Part shown: positions 1-9,288 of the stretch, in pieces | Layout: each line of letters starts with the position of its first letter | Position numbering within the stretch: position 1 is the first letter of the stretch | IMG/VR virus record: IMGVR_UViG_2698536519_000009 | Reading direction: 5' to 3' (one strand) | DNA length: 17,443 nucleotides | Source of the DNA: a virus | Lineage: Duplodnaviria > Heunggongvirae > Uroviricota > Caudoviricetes | The notes under the pieces: generated by a model | What the model was told of the DNA's origin: nothing | Database searches by the model: none | Seen by the model: the letters and a program-made list of their open reading frames with translations, nothing else | Program-made: the position numbers and the translations under genes

Positions 1-237
1 TCAATAAATCCCATCATTGCGATCAACCTCATCCTTAACCATTGATGCGAGCAGTTCTTCCAGTTTCTGCGCTGATAGCTTTACCTGGTGATCTTCAGCA
101 TCTTCCCGGGCTATTGTGGTTCGCGCAGTGGCTGATTTTGCTGACATCACCACAGGGGGCAGACGGACCATTGAACCATGGCCTCCGGAACAAATAAGGG
201 CAAAAATAACAACCACTATCGAAAGCTCACAAACTAA

Positions 238-451
238 CCGCAGCACGTTCCTGCATACGACGTGTCTGCGGCATAATCCCAATGATTACTCCCTGACAGG
301 ATTTGCAGGCCACTCAATATCAGGTGCAGTTGATGTATCAACACGATTCAACAATACCCGATATTTATTCCATGCCTCCAGCAACGATCTTTCTTCCTCC
401 GTTGCGATTTCCAGATCTACAGCATCCTGCAGTGGCGCAATATACTCACTG
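238..451. repeat. Direct repeat copy A (~215 bp): hairpin plus 3' end of a tfa-type gene
   Basis: Aligns by eye with 1288..1500 at a constant offset of ~1049-1050 with roughly 90% identity. Covers a degenerate copy of the hairpin (238-271) and the last ~55 codons of the Tfa-like ORF. Confidence 0.8.
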
Positions 452-555
452 AATTCCTGGATGTAGAACTGTGTGGTGACGGTCTTCCAGCCATTCGGCT
501 CCTGCTGTATCGAAGCATACCAGGCTATTTCAATATCGCTATGCTGCGGCAGCAT
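286..555 (-). CDS. Short Tfa-like ORF: unrelated 38-aa N-terminus fused to a Tfa C-terminal domain (tfaX-like remnant or small chimeric tail fibre assembly protein)
   Basis: 89-aa ORF. The C-terminal 51 aa ([51 protein letters not shown]) are nearly identical to the Tfa C-terminus; the N-terminal part ([38 protein letters not shown]) is unrelated. RBS AAGGGG sits 5 nt upstream of the ATG. Confidence 0.55.
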   Translation of the reverse strand: MLPQHSDIEIAWYASIQQEPNGWKTVTTQFYIQEFSEYIAPLQDAVDLEIATEEERSLLEAWNKYRVLLNRVDTSTAPDIEWPANPVRE

Positions 556-611
556 TTAACCCCTTGTAATTCATCGCCATAATTGATTTAATTCACAAAT
601 AAAACTATAAC

Positions 612-1280
612 ATGGTGAAATCAATGAAAAAAAACACAGATGATGGGGCTAAAATTTACACACCACTTACCCTAAAGCTTTATGACTGGTGGGTTTTGGG
701 AGTATCAAATCGGCTTGCATGGGGATGTCCTACAAAGGAACACCTTCTTCCACACTTTCTGGAACATGTAGGTAACAACCATCTGGATATTGGTGTTGGA
801 ACTGGGTTTTACCTTACTCACGTACCTGAGAGTAGTCTGATATCTTTAATGGATTTGAACGAAGCTAGCCTGAACGCGGCATCTACAAGGGCTGGGGAAT
901 CAAAAATTAAACATAAAATTAGCCATGATGTTTTTGAACCTTATCCCGCGGCGTTACATGGTCAATTTGATTCCATTTCCATGTTTTACCTTCTTCACTG
1001 CCTGCCTGGAAATATATCTACAAAAAGCTGTGTAATACGCAATGCGGCGCAGGCCTTAACTGACGATGGAACTCTATACGGAGCCACAATTCTTGGCGAT
1101 GGAGTTGTGCACAATAGCTTCGGTCAAAAACTGATGCGCATTTACAATCAGAAAGGCATCTTTTCAAACACAAAAGATTCCGAAGAAGGCTTAACACATA
1201 TACTCTCAGAGCATTTCGAGAATGTTAAAACCAAGGTTCAAGGTACTGTAGTAATGTTTTCCGCTTCAGGGAAAAAATAG
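612..1280 (+). CDS. Class I SAM-dependent methyltransferase (small-molecule/protein type rather than DNA methyltransferase); cargo gene
   Basis: 222-aa ORF with Rossmann motif I LDIGVGTG, acidic post-I residue (LMDLNE) and motif II/III-like FDSISMFYLLHCLP. An alternative start at 624 (MKKNTDD...) has better spacing to GGTGA. GC content is clearly below the flanking tail genes. Its position next to tfa fragments recalls the ybcY methyltransferase pseudogene of the E. coli K-12 DLP12 prophage (from memory, unverified). Confidence 0.75.
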   Translation: MVKSMKKNTDDGAKIYTPLTLKLYDWWVLGVSNRLAWGCPTKEHLLPHFLEHVGNNHLDIGVGTGFYLTHVPESSLISLMDLNEASLNAASTRAGESKIKHKISHDVFEPYPAALHGQFDSISMFYLLHCLPGNISTKSCVIRNAAQALTDDGTLYGATILGDGVVHNSFGQKLMRIYNQKGIFSNTKDSEEGLTHILSEHFENVKTKVQGTVVMFSASGKK

Positions 1281-1287
1281 CATCCAA

Positions 1288-1320
1288 CCGCAGCACGTTC
1301 TTGCTTAAGACGTGCTGCGG
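1288..1320. terminator. Stable stem-loop between the convergent methyltransferase and tfa genes (putative bidirectional terminator or RNA-stabilising hairpin)
   Basis: ccgcagcacg / cgtgctgcgg perfect 10-bp stem, extended by tctt/aaga with a one-nt bulge and gctt loop. Lies 8 nt after the methyltransferase stop and 15 nt after the tfa stop. No U-run directly follows on either strand, so intrinsic termination is uncertain. Confidence 0.45.
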
Positions 1321-1500
1321 CATAATCCCAATGATTACTCCCTGACAGGGTTCGTAGGCCACTCAATATCAGGTGCAGTTGATGTATCAACACGGTTCAG
1401 CAACACCCGATACTTTTTCCAGGCTTCCAGCAATGAGGTTTCTTCCTCCGTTGCAATTTCCAGATCTGCAGCATCCTGAAGCGGCGCAATATGCTCACTG
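1288..1500. repeat. Direct repeat copy B (~215 bp): hairpin plus 3' end of tfa
   Basis: Partner of 238..451. Together the two copies bracket the methyltransferase gene and its divergent promoter region. Confidence 0.8.
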
Positions 1501-1919
1501 GCTACCTGCATCAGGTTGTTTTTTGTTTCTTCCGCCTCCCGGATCCGGAACAGTTTTTCTGCTTCTGCATCTTTCACCCAGGTTGTGCCGTTCCACTTCT
1601 GAAACTCCCCTTCCGGCGATAACCAGGTAACATTTTCCGGTAATAAGCCGAGTTCAGAAATAAATAACGCGTCGCCGGAAGCTACGTCATAAACCGTTTT
1701 ACCCCGATGATCTTCAACGAGATGCCACGATGCCTCATCACTGTTGAAAACAGCCACAAAGCCAGCCGGAATATCTGGCGGTGCAATATCGGTACTGTTT
1801 GCTGGCAGACCTGTATGAGGCGGAATATATGCGTCACCTTCACCAATAAATTCATTAGTTCCGGCCAGCAGATTATAAATTTTTATGGTCCGTGCTTGTT
1901 CACTCATTCTGAATGCCAT
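1335..1919 (-). CDS. tfa: Tail fibre assembly protein Tfa
   Basis: 194-aa [57 protein letters not shown]..., strongly resembling the Tfa proteins of E. coli cryptic prophages and lambda Tfa. Translationally coupled to stf. Confidence 0.9.
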   Translation of the reverse strand: MAFRMSEQARTIKIYNLLAGTNEFIGEGDAYIPPHTGLPANSTDIAPPDIPAGFVAVFNSDEASWHLVEDHRGKTVYDVASGDALFISELGLLPENVTWLSPEGEFQKWNGTTWVKDAEAEKLFRIREAEETKNNLMQVASEHIAPLQDAADLEIATEEETSLLEAWKKYRVLLNRVDTSTAPDIEWPTNPVRE

Positions 1920-4900
1920 TATGCAAGCCTCACAATATAGTTAAATGCGATGTTTTTGACGGTGTTTTCCGCGTTACCAGCAGCGTTAACGGTGATGGTG
2001 TGTCCATGTGAACCAATCGCAACGGAGTGCGTATGTGCACCAATACCTACAGTATGTGCATGTGCGCCAGAACTTGCTGCAGTACCAGACAGCGAGTGGG
2101 TATGAGCACCTGCTGACTGTGTCTGAATACGTTGATAATACGATCTACGGGAAGAAGTCCCCGGGCTTACTTGATACTGTGAATCCTGGACATAAGTGAA
2201 CCCACCGCCATCATAAAATGCTAACGCAGAACCGCCGCCTCCTGGCCAACGAATACCATTACCATGAGTATGATCACCGGCAGACCCCGTAGAGCCACTC
2301 AGACTGTGCGTATGCGCCCCGGTGTTATTCGTGGATTTAGTGCCGTAATCAAACGACGATGTGGTTTTCGTCCCCAAATCCGTACTGGATGCGCTGGCGC
2401 TGTGGGTGTGCGATTTAATGCCGTCCTGTTCCTGAGACAATACGGCTCGATCACTGGCGGGCTTGCCCTTAATCGTCCAGCCACGCATATCAGGAATAAC
2501 GCCTGACGGATAAGCCACTGCAAGTTTCGGGTAAGCAGATTTGTCAAAAGTCTGCCCCTGCATCAGGGCATAACCAGACGGAACGGTATCTGATGGCCAC
2601 GGGATTGGTGCACCGACTGGGTAACTTTCTGGTGGAAGATTTTTCGAGGTATAAACTTCTGCCCAGTCTTCCTCAAAACCATAACCGTCTCTTGAAGAAC
2701 GGTAGAACAGACCACCATTTCTGTAATGCGCCTTCATCTGCAGGGTCCGGCAACTTCCGACTCCGGTATAGAAGTTAACCAGAATATAGCTGTCGCCAGA
2801 GCGGGTGACATTGTAAGCGCCTGATTCGGCATTCCAGGGAACGCCACCATCCGCATCGGCATATGTATCCGTTGCCCTTCTGGCAAAAGCAGCCACATGC
2901 GCAGCGGTTAAAGTAATATCTCTGGAACCATCAAACTCAACACCAGAAACCAGTCTTGGCGTTTGCAGCTTTGTTGCTGTTAATGCATTACCGTTCAGAC
3001 TTGCGGACAGTTTGGTTCCAATAATCAGTTCGCCGGTTGCGTTATCAATAGCAACCGGTCTTAATGTATTCCAGCCACCATAAACATCACCTTGATTGGT
3101 AAGCAGCAGGTAAGTTTTAGCGCCATCATTACGCCATAATGCCCCATACTCCCCACCTATCATTCGAATCTGATTACCACCACGCGCTACAATTTCGTCT
3201 GTGGCAAAAAGTTTTTTGCACGACAAGTTATCGTTAACGATTAACGAATGAGACTCATAAAAACCACGCCCACTCTTAAAATCAAGGATAACGTCCGCCG
3301 CGATACATTCAGTCGCTGGATTTGTTGCCCCAAACTTATAGGTCGTATCATTAACAACGAGATCAGCACCAGGTGCGGATATTGACAGGCCATCTTCGAT
3401 AAACGCAAAAACAGGGAAAGCAGCGCCATCAACATAGAACACAGAGCGCAAATCATCGCCCTTATTACTCATCATTATTGAGTGGATGGCTCGTTCATTG
3501 TTTTGATATTGCCAGAACATTCCATAAGCATAACGCCCCCTGTCAGTCCAGCCACCAGGCATAACAAATCCGTTAAACTCGCAGTTATTCATCGGATCGC
3601 CTGCGGTTCGCGTTGCCGTGGTGATAATGACCCTTGATGCCAGTTCGCTTACTGAGCCAGCAGAACGCATAACAACAACAGGGTAATATTTTCCAGATGT
3701 TGCACCTGCAGGAGCGTTAACCCGCACATAACGCATACCACGCTTATCAGCAAAGTCTGTTTTACTGACCGCGTTAATGTTGTTCAGGAAGCGTCCCTTA
3801 TCGGGTATATCAGCGCCGTTCTGGTCTTTCTGCAGACGTTTCTCTGCATTGTCATAGGCTGATTTTACTGCCTTTGGCGTTGCCGCCAGCGTTTCAGACG
3901 TACTGTTGGTCGCACTGCTGAGCTGTACTATCCCCTTTTTCGTCGTACTTGCATCCTCAAGCGCCACGGCGGATGCAATATCCTCTGCCCGTTTTGCCGC
4001 TGTCTCAGCGCGCGTTGCTGCGGATTCCGCCGTACTTTTGCTCTGAGCTGCCGCCGTCGCACTGCCAGCTGCCTCTGTCGCCTTCGTGGATGCCGTCGTG
4101 GCGCTGCCCTTCGCTGCTGACGCCTGTCTGGTCGCCTCATCTTTTGAAGCAGACGCCGATGATGCCGATGACGCCGCCGAACTGGCGGACGATGCGGCAG
4201 CCGTTTTTGAGGATTCTGCGCTGGTCTCCGACGCTTTCGCGTTCGTCTCGGATGTCTTCGCTGCCTCTTTTGAGGCCGCCGCACCCCGTGCCGAGGTGGC
4301 AGCTTCTGACGCCTTCGTGGTCGCTGTGGATGCAGAAGTGGCTGCCGATTTTTGTGATGCTGCGGCATTCGTTTCTGACGTTTTCGCGGCACTGGCGCTG
4401 GTAGCTGCCGCGCTTTTTGATGACTCTGCAGCAGCAGCACTTTTTGATGCCTCAGAGGCTTTTGCTGATGCCGTTCCTGCGCTGGAAAAAGCCTCCTGAG
4501 CCGACGTCGCGGCCTGTCCGGCTGACGTGCTGGCTGCACGTGCTGAGCCTGCAGCATCAGTCGCATGGGTTGCCGCCTCACGGGCTGATGTGCTGGCATC
4601 GCCGGCTGACTTCTTCGCGGCTGCCGTGTTCTGTGCCACTGCGGACGCGTTACGCGCCACCTCTTCCACCATCTGCTCAAAGCGGCGCAGTGCCTCCGGT
4701 CGGACATCATCCTCCGTCATGGCACCGAGAAAATCATTCAGCGTACCTGGTCTGGAACCTTCATAGACGGTAATGGTCCCGGCATGTGAAGGCGGAAAAC
4801 CTTCAACCAGCAGGGTGACGCTGTACTGACCATGCTCAACATCCATGCTGTAACGTCCGGCTTCATCCGGATTTTCAGAGGCCACCGTGTTCACCACCAC

Positions 4901-4996
4901 CGTGCTGCTGGTTCGTCTGGCCTTCAGCACAATGGTGCAGTTCTGTACTGGTTTTCCTGTGCCATCTTTAAGCACGCCAGAAATTTTTACTGTCAT
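1919..4996 (-). CDS. stf: Side tail fibre protein Stf (mosaic: conserved N-terminal domain, Ala/Ser/Thr-rich repeats, divergent central domain, conserved His-rich C-terminal domain)
   Basis: 1025-aa ORF. N-terminus [28 protein letters not shown]... and C-terminus ...[40 protein letters not shown] match lambda Stf from memory, as does the [24 protein letters not shown] motif. Stop TAA overlaps the tfa ATG (TAATG). Confidence 0.9.
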   Translation of the reverse strand: MTVKISGVLKDGTGKPVQNCTIVLKARRTSSTVVVNTVASENPDEAGRYSMDVEHGQYSVTLLVEGFPPSHAGTITVYEGSRPGTLNDFLGAMTEDDVRPEALRRFEQMVEEVARNASAVAQNTAAAKKSAGDASTSAREAATHATDAAGSARAASTSAGQAATSAQEAFSSAGTASAKASEASKSAAAAESSKSAAATSASAAKTSETNAAASQKSAATSASTATTKASEAATSARGAAASKEAAKTSETNAKASETSAESSKTAAASSASSAASSASSASASKDEATRQASAAKGSATTASTKATEAAGSATAAAQSKSTAESAATRAETAAKRAEDIASAVALEDASTTKKGIVQLSSATNSTSETLAATPKAVKSAYDNAEKRLQKDQNGADIPDKGRFLNNINAVSKTDFADKRGMRYVRVNAPAGATSGKYYPVVVMRSAGSVSELASRVIITTATRTAGDPMNNCEFNGFVMPGGWTDRGRYAYGMFWQYQNNERAIHSIMMSNKGDDLRSVFYVDGAAFPVFAFIEDGLSISAPGADLVVNDTTYKFGATNPATECIAADVILDFKSGRGFYESHSLIVNDNLSCKKLFATDEIVARGGNQIRMIGGEYGALWRNDGAKTYLLLTNQGDVYGGWNTLRPVAIDNATGELIIGTKLSASLNGNALTATKLQTPRLVSGVEFDGSRDITLTAAHVAAFARRATDTYADADGGVPWNAESGAYNVTRSGDSYILVNFYTGVGSCRTLQMKAHYRNGGLFYRSSRDGYGFEEDWAEVYTSKNLPPESYPVGAPIPWPSDTVPSGYALMQGQTFDKSAYPKLAVAYPSGVIPDMRGWTIKGKPASDRAVLSQEQDGIKSHTHSASASSTDLGTKTTSSFDYGTKSTNNTGAHTHSLSGSTGSAGDHTHGNGIRWPGGGGSALAFYDGGGFTYVQDSQYQVSPGTSSRRSYYQRIQTQSAGAHTHSLSGTAASSGAHAHTVGIGAHTHSVAIGSHGHTITVNAAGNAENTVKNIAFNYIVRLA

Positions 4997-5007
4997 ACTT
5001 TTCCACC

Positions 5008-5043
5008 AATAAAAAAAGCCCGCAGCAGTGACGCCACGGGCTT
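5008..5043 (-). terminator. Putative intrinsic terminator downstream of lom
   Basis: On the minus strand, stem aagcccg/cgggctt (5016-5022 with 5037-5043) is followed by UUUUUUUAUU (complement of plus-strand 5008-5017). The loop is long (14 nt). The stf RBS GGTGGA and ATG follow immediately. Confidence 0.5.
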
Positions 5044-5147
5044 CAGGACAGTGTAACTTTACGTTTCCTCAAACGCAGTTCACCCCATAAGGTGGATGAA
5101 CCTGCGTATCATAACAATATTTACAGAAGATAAATCGGCGTCTGTTG

Positions 5148-5747
5148 TCAGAAACGGTATCCGATACCAACAATAAATGCATCCGTTCGCCAGTCGCCAC
5201 TACCGGAACCTTCATAAGCAAGGTCAATGGTCACGGATTCGGTCGGGTTAAACTGCACGCCAGCCCCCCACGCCAGAGACGTGTTGCTGTGGCGACCGTC
5301 ATCACTTCCGGTCAGCACATCGTGCGTTTTCCCCTTGTTGTCAATTACGCGGAGATAATCCCCGGAGAAAGTCGACACACGGCTGTAAGCCACACCCGCC
5401 ATCGCATACGCGCTGAACCATTCATTCACGCGTACAGACGGCCCCGCCATCACGCTGAACCAGCGGTTACGCACGGAATCTTCATGCCAGCGGGTATCGC
5501 TGTAGCGCGTTTTTTGCTCATCCTCAGCATTGGCATAACTGAAGGACGTAATCAGCCCCAGCGCGTCCGTAAACTCATAACGGTATTTCACGTTAATCCC
5601 GTTCAGATCATCACTACCGGGAACGTTCGTCGAGGCATGGAGATACCCCGCGCTCAGCGTGGACTGATGTTCTGCTGCACTCGCTGGCGTAGCAGCGGCG
5701 ACCTGCCAGACTACTGCGGACAAAATAACAGCACATAATTTACGCAT
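5148..5747 (-). CDS. lom: Lom-family outer membrane beta-barrel protein (Ail/Lom/PagC/OmpX family), lysogenic-conversion moron
   Basis: 199-aa ORF with a signal peptide (MRKLCAVILSAVVWQVAAATPASA|AEH) and the family-typical C-terminus ...DLAYEGSGSGDWRTDAFIVGIGYRF, as in lambda Lom. Lies between J and stf, as in lambda. Confidence 0.88.
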   Translation of the reverse strand: MRKLCAVILSAVVWQVAAATPASAAEHQSTLSAGYLHASTNVPGSDDLNGINVKYRYEFTDALGLITSFSYANAEDEQKTRYSDTRWHEDSVRNRWFSVMAGPSVRVNEWFSAYAMAGVAYSRVSTFSGDYLRVIDNKGKTHDVLTGSDDGRHSNTSLAWGAGVQFNPTESVTIDLAYEGSGSGDWRTDAFIVGIGYRF

Positions 5748-5771
5748 AATTACCTCTCGCTTTTCTGCAAT

Positions 5772-5796
5772 AAAAAAGGCGCCATTTCTGGCGCCC
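5772..5796 (-). terminator. Putative intrinsic terminator between the J stop and the lom start
   Basis: ggcgcc atttct ggcgcc hairpin (5778-5795), followed on the minus strand by a U6 run (plus-strand A-run 5772-5777). Located 19 nt after the J stop and ~25 nt before the lom ATG. Confidence 0.6.
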
Positions 5797-5814
5797 GTAT
5801 CTGGGTTATAAAAT

Positions 5815-8800
5815 TCAGCTAATCGTGATGCCTGCAGTGGCTTTCTTCATCACCACAACCAGCAAATCGCTGATACTTGCTGTGGGATACCAGTTATTTA
5901 CCAGCCATGCTGACACCGAAAACTCCAGTGTCATGTGACCGTGACCGGCAGGCATATCAATAACACCACTGTAAATCAGCGTATTATCCAGCGCGGTACG
6001 GTTATAAATTTCAGCACCGTTTTTCCGCACTATCAGACGGCATGAGGAGTAAATATCAGTATGCTCTTTCTCATGTTTAGCGCCGCTGAATGCCACCGCC
6101 GGAATAACAATCTGCCGGTCAAACGGCTGATCGTCATAAACCCTGACGGTAATGGTTCCTGATGGCCACCGCTCCGGTGCACGGGAGTCCCGGGGGAAAG
6201 CTTTGCCCACTGTTTTAACGAGATCGCCTTCAATCTGGTTCGCGGACAATTTTCCCAGAACCCGACAGTTCTCGTTAATCGTGACGTTGTTGAGCGTCCC
6301 GGAGTTCGCATTCACGTTACCGCTGATATCGGCATTTTTCGCCGTCAGCCGCCCGTCCGGTGTCAGGGAAAATGCCGGAGGATTACCGCCGCTGGTAATG
6401 GTGGGAGCCGTCAGATATTTCAGGAACACTTCATTCATAAATATCTGATCGCCCTGACCAACAAACATCGGCTTTGTGTTGCCATTCGCAGGATTAATCA
6501 TCGCAATCCTGTCTGCCGCCAGCAGCACCTGACTCTGCATTCCTGCTGGCGTATTCTCAATACCGGCACCGATACCCGCAATATAAAGGCGTCCGTCCTG
6601 CATCTGCTGCAGTTTCACGGCCCACATGCTGTTCAGGTTATTATTTGTATCAACCTGAACTTTCTGTATCTGCTGGATTGCCGCACTCTGATTTTCCAGT
6701 TTTTTATTGACGGTCTGCGTGATTTCATTGCTGACATTCGTAATGGACGTCCTGATTTCAGCCAGGTCCGGCGCAAGCTGACCGTTATCAATCTGCGTCC
6801 ACAGCTCCTGGGCCAGATGTGTTTTCCCGATTTCTCCTTTGAAAAAATCCAGGTAACCTTCCGCATCATCGCTCGCCCGACCGACAGCCTCCACGAATGC
6901 CGATTTGCCAACAGTATTCACACTGCGGATATAAAAATAATAATCATGGCCCGGTTTGATATTGATACTGGCAGCTATCCAGTACAGCGCCGAGCCAAGA
7001 TAGCGGGCTGCGGTTTCAACCTGCCTGATATCCGCAATCCGCTTTTCCGAGAACCAGAACTCAAACTGTACCGTCGGGTCATAAACGGCAAGATGCGGCG
7101 TGGCGGTTATCTGAAAATAGCCCGGCGTCAGCTCAATCCGCGACGGTGCTGCCGGTGCGGCAATCCGGAAGGTGGTGGTGGCAGGTTCACCCTGCTGGCC
7201 ATAGCTGTTTATCGCCCGCACCGTCAGGGTGTATTCCCCGAGCGGCAGGCCGCTGAAACGGTGCTCCGTGTCTGCGGTGATGGCGGTGGTCACCAGTCTG
7301 GCATCCGTTCCCTTACCACTGGTCAGGCGCAGACTGAAGCGCACGCCCTTCACCACCCGCGGCGTGTCCCATTTAGCCTGCGCCAGATACTGGCCGTCAG
7401 CTGCGCTCACCTCCACCGTCAGGTGCTGTACTGCCGGTGGGATGACGCTGTTCAGGGAGCCTGACTGCGGCTCAAAGCGGGCACCGTTATCCACGATGGC
7501 TTCTTTTTCCGGTACGTGCTGCACCGCCGTGATGGCAAAGGTGCCGTCCGTGTTTTCCCGGATGGAGACACAGCGGAACAGGCGACGGCGCAGTGACGGC
7601 AGGGAGAGTCCCCACACCCCGTATGTCTCCACACCATCAGGCAGGGTACTGACCTGTATCCGGTCCGGCGCGGGGTGTTCGGTGATGTCCACACTCACCG
7701 GCTTACCGCTGCCGTTAATCAGGTTCACCGTGGCGGCACCGGTCTCCGGAAGTGTCACTTCACGGTCCAGCGTCAGGGTGCGGGTGGCAGCATCAATGGA
7801 CAGGACACGTCCGCCGGTCAGAGTCCCGGCATAGTCGTTATCACAGATTTCAATGATGTCACCGGGTGTGTGCCGCAGCCCCTGAGACCCGAGCGTGAAA
7901 TCCACCGTCTGCGTTTCCAGCAGTTCAGTCTTTATCACCCACAGTCCGGCACGGTGGGCCTGACCGCGGCTGGTACAGCCGAACGCGTCCATCTTCAGCA
8001 GGTTGCGTCCGTAGCGCAGTATGGCTTCCGGGTCTTCCACCAGTTCCGTGGAGGTCTGCCAGCCGTTCTGCGGGTCGGTGTAATTCACCTCCACCGCCGT
8101 GTGCCGGTCCTTCAGGGCACTGAAGCTGTAGCGGAATCCCACGCCGTTATCATCCACCACCACATCGCTGTTGGTGTACGGCCACACCACATCCGACGGG
8201 CGGTCCTGAACGAACGTCAGCGTCTGACCGTTCCATACCGGCATACAGCGCATCGCAGAGCAGAAATCACTGAGAACGTCCCACGCCTTACGCTGTTGTG
8301 CCAGGTACGCATTAAAGGTCATCCGCGGCTCTGTCCCCCCGAAACCATCCGGGACCGTCTGGTCGCAGTACTGCCCGATGGCATACAGCGCCCACTTGTC
8401 CACATCCGCCGCCCCCAGACGTTTTCCCATGCCGTAGCGCGGGTGAGTCAGCATGTCCCACAGGCACCAGGCCGGGTTGTTGCTGTATGCCGGTTTCAGA
8501 CTGCCGTCCCAGATACCACTGTACGTGCGTTTTTCCGGGTCATAGTTTGACGGCACCTGGATGATGCGACCGCGGATATGGTAGTTCACCGTCATCTGCT
8601 GGCCGCCGAACTGCTCCGCATCCACCTGCAGCCCCACAATGGCCGTGTTCGGGTAGCACTGTTTCACATCGATGATTTCGGTGTATGACGACCACAGCGT
8701 CTTATTCTGCAGCTGGTCCGTGGTGCTGTCCGCCGTCTCCCGGACCATCCGGATGTTAAAGGGCCGGGGAGGCAGATTATCCAGAATCACCGAGGCCAGG

Positions 8801-9288
8801 AACTGTGAGGTGGTCTTGCCGTTAATGGTGACGTCCTTTTCCGTCACCCAGCGGCCATTACGCTGTAACTGAATCAGAATCCGGACAGAGGAAGGATTAC
8901 GGTCGCCCTTTGACGTGGTCTGCACCAGTGACTGCACCCCGAAGGTAACCCGCAGGCGGTCAATGTTCGCGGACGTAATGGTGCGCGTCACCGGTTTTGC
9001 CTTCGTCACTTCCACGCCCAGTCCGGTTTCAGCTCCGGAGGACTCAAAGCCTTCCGGTGGTGTCTGCTCCTGCTCCCCGGCGCGCCAGACCGCCGTCACA
9101 CCGTGTATCACGGGATTGCCGTCCGTGTCCGTCAGTGGGGTTTTGTTCACCAGAATACTCTGCAGTCCCTTCACCGGACCTTCTATCGGTCCCTCACCAA
9201 TCGCATCAATCACACTCATCATCTGCGTGGATTTGAGATTATCCTTCGCCTCACGAGGCGTGTGTGCCTTACCGCCACCTTTTCCCAT
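5815..9288 (-). CDS. J: Central tail fibre / host specificity protein J
   Basis: 1157-aa [42 protein letters not shown]...; the N-terminal ~750 aa are highly similar to lambda gpJ. The coiled-coil-like region and C-terminal ~150 aa are divergent. RBS AGGGGAAGG precedes the ATG. Confidence 0.93.
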   Translation of the reverse strand: MGKGGGKAHTPREAKDNLKSTQMMSVIDAIGEGPIEGPVKGLQSILVNKTPLTDTDGNPVIHGVTAVWRAGEQEQTPPEGFESSGAETGLGVEVTKAKPVTRTITSANIDRLRVTFGVQSLVQTTSKGDRNPSSVRILIQLQRNGRWVTEKDVTINGKTTSQFLASVILDNLPPRPFNIRMVRETADSTTDQLQNKTLWSSYTEIIDVKQCYPNTAIVGLQVDAEQFGGQQMTVNYHIRGRIIQVPSNYDPEKRTYSGIWDGSLKPAYSNNPAWCLWDMLTHPRYGMGKRLGAADVDKWALYAIGQYCDQTVPDGFGGTEPRMTFNAYLAQQRKAWDVLSDFCSAMRCMPVWNGQTLTFVQDRPSDVVWPYTNSDVVVDDNGVGFRYSFSALKDRHTAVEVNYTDPQNGWQTSTELVEDPEAILRYGRNLLKMDAFGCTSRGQAHRAGLWVIKTELLETQTVDFTLGSQGLRHTPGDIIEICDNDYAGTLTGGRVLSIDAATRTLTLDREVTLPETGAATVNLINGSGKPVSVDITEHPAPDRIQVSTLPDGVETYGVWGLSLPSLRRRLFRCVSIRENTDGTFAITAVQHVPEKEAIVDNGARFEPQSGSLNSVIPPAVQHLTVEVSAADGQYLAQAKWDTPRVVKGVRFSLRLTSGKGTDARLVTTAITADTEHRFSGLPLGEYTLTVRAINSYGQQGEPATTTFRIAAPAAPSRIELTPGYFQITATPHLAVYDPTVQFEFWFSEKRIADIRQVETAARYLGSALYWIAASINIKPGHDYYFYIRSVNTVGKSAFVEAVGRASDDAEGYLDFFKGEIGKTHLAQELWTQIDNGQLAPDLAEIRTSITNVSNEITQTVNKKLENQSAAIQQIQKVQVDTNNNLNSMWAVKLQQMQDGRLYIAGIGAGIENTPAGMQSQVLLAADRIAMINPANGNTKPMFVGQGDQIFMNEVFLKYLTAPTITSGGNPPAFSLTPDGRLTAKNADISGNVNANSGTLNNVTINENCRVLGKLSANQIEGDLVKTVGKAFPRDSRAPERWPSGTITVRVYDDQPFDRQIVIPAVAFSGAKHEKEHTDIYSSCRLIVRKNGAEIYNRTALDNTLIYSGVIDMPAGHGHMTLEFSVSAWLVNNWYPTASISDLLVVVMKKATAGITIS

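Noticed and set aside
116-466. 116-aa plus-strand ORF overlapping the Tfa-like ORF
   Set aside because: Antisense to a frame with clear Tfa homology; no RBS; likely spurious.
612-1280. Interpretation of the methyltransferase as an orphan DNA methyltransferase or part of a restriction-modification system
   Set aside because: No DPPY/NPPY/SPPY-type catalytic motif and no adjacent endonuclease or specificity gene; motif content fits a class I small-molecule or protein methyltransferase better. DNA modification is not excluded without a profile search.
238-1500. Possibility that the duplicated tfa ends mark a Gin/Pin/Cin-type invertible tail-fibre segment
   Set aside because: The two copies are in direct, not inverted, orientation. 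No invertase (resolvase-family) gene and no gix/crossover-like 26-bp inverted sites were found in the window. Homologous-recombination module exchange is the simpler explanation.
3928-4710. 260-aa Arg/Pro/Gln-rich minus-strand ORF and 137-aa Ala-rich plus-strand ORF (4086-4499) inside stf
   Set aside because: These are alternative-frame readings of the GC-rich Ala/Ser/Thr repeat tract of stf; extreme composition and no independent signals.
7675-8550. 291-aa plus-strand ORF and several other plus-strand ORFs inside J (6152-6448, 6817-7464, 7229-7834, 8915-9307)
   Set aside because: Antisense to the well-supported J gene, GC-rich, with Arg/Pro/Ala-rich low-complexity translations typical of out-of-frame reading. 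The 7675-8550 frame is codon-aligned antisense to J.
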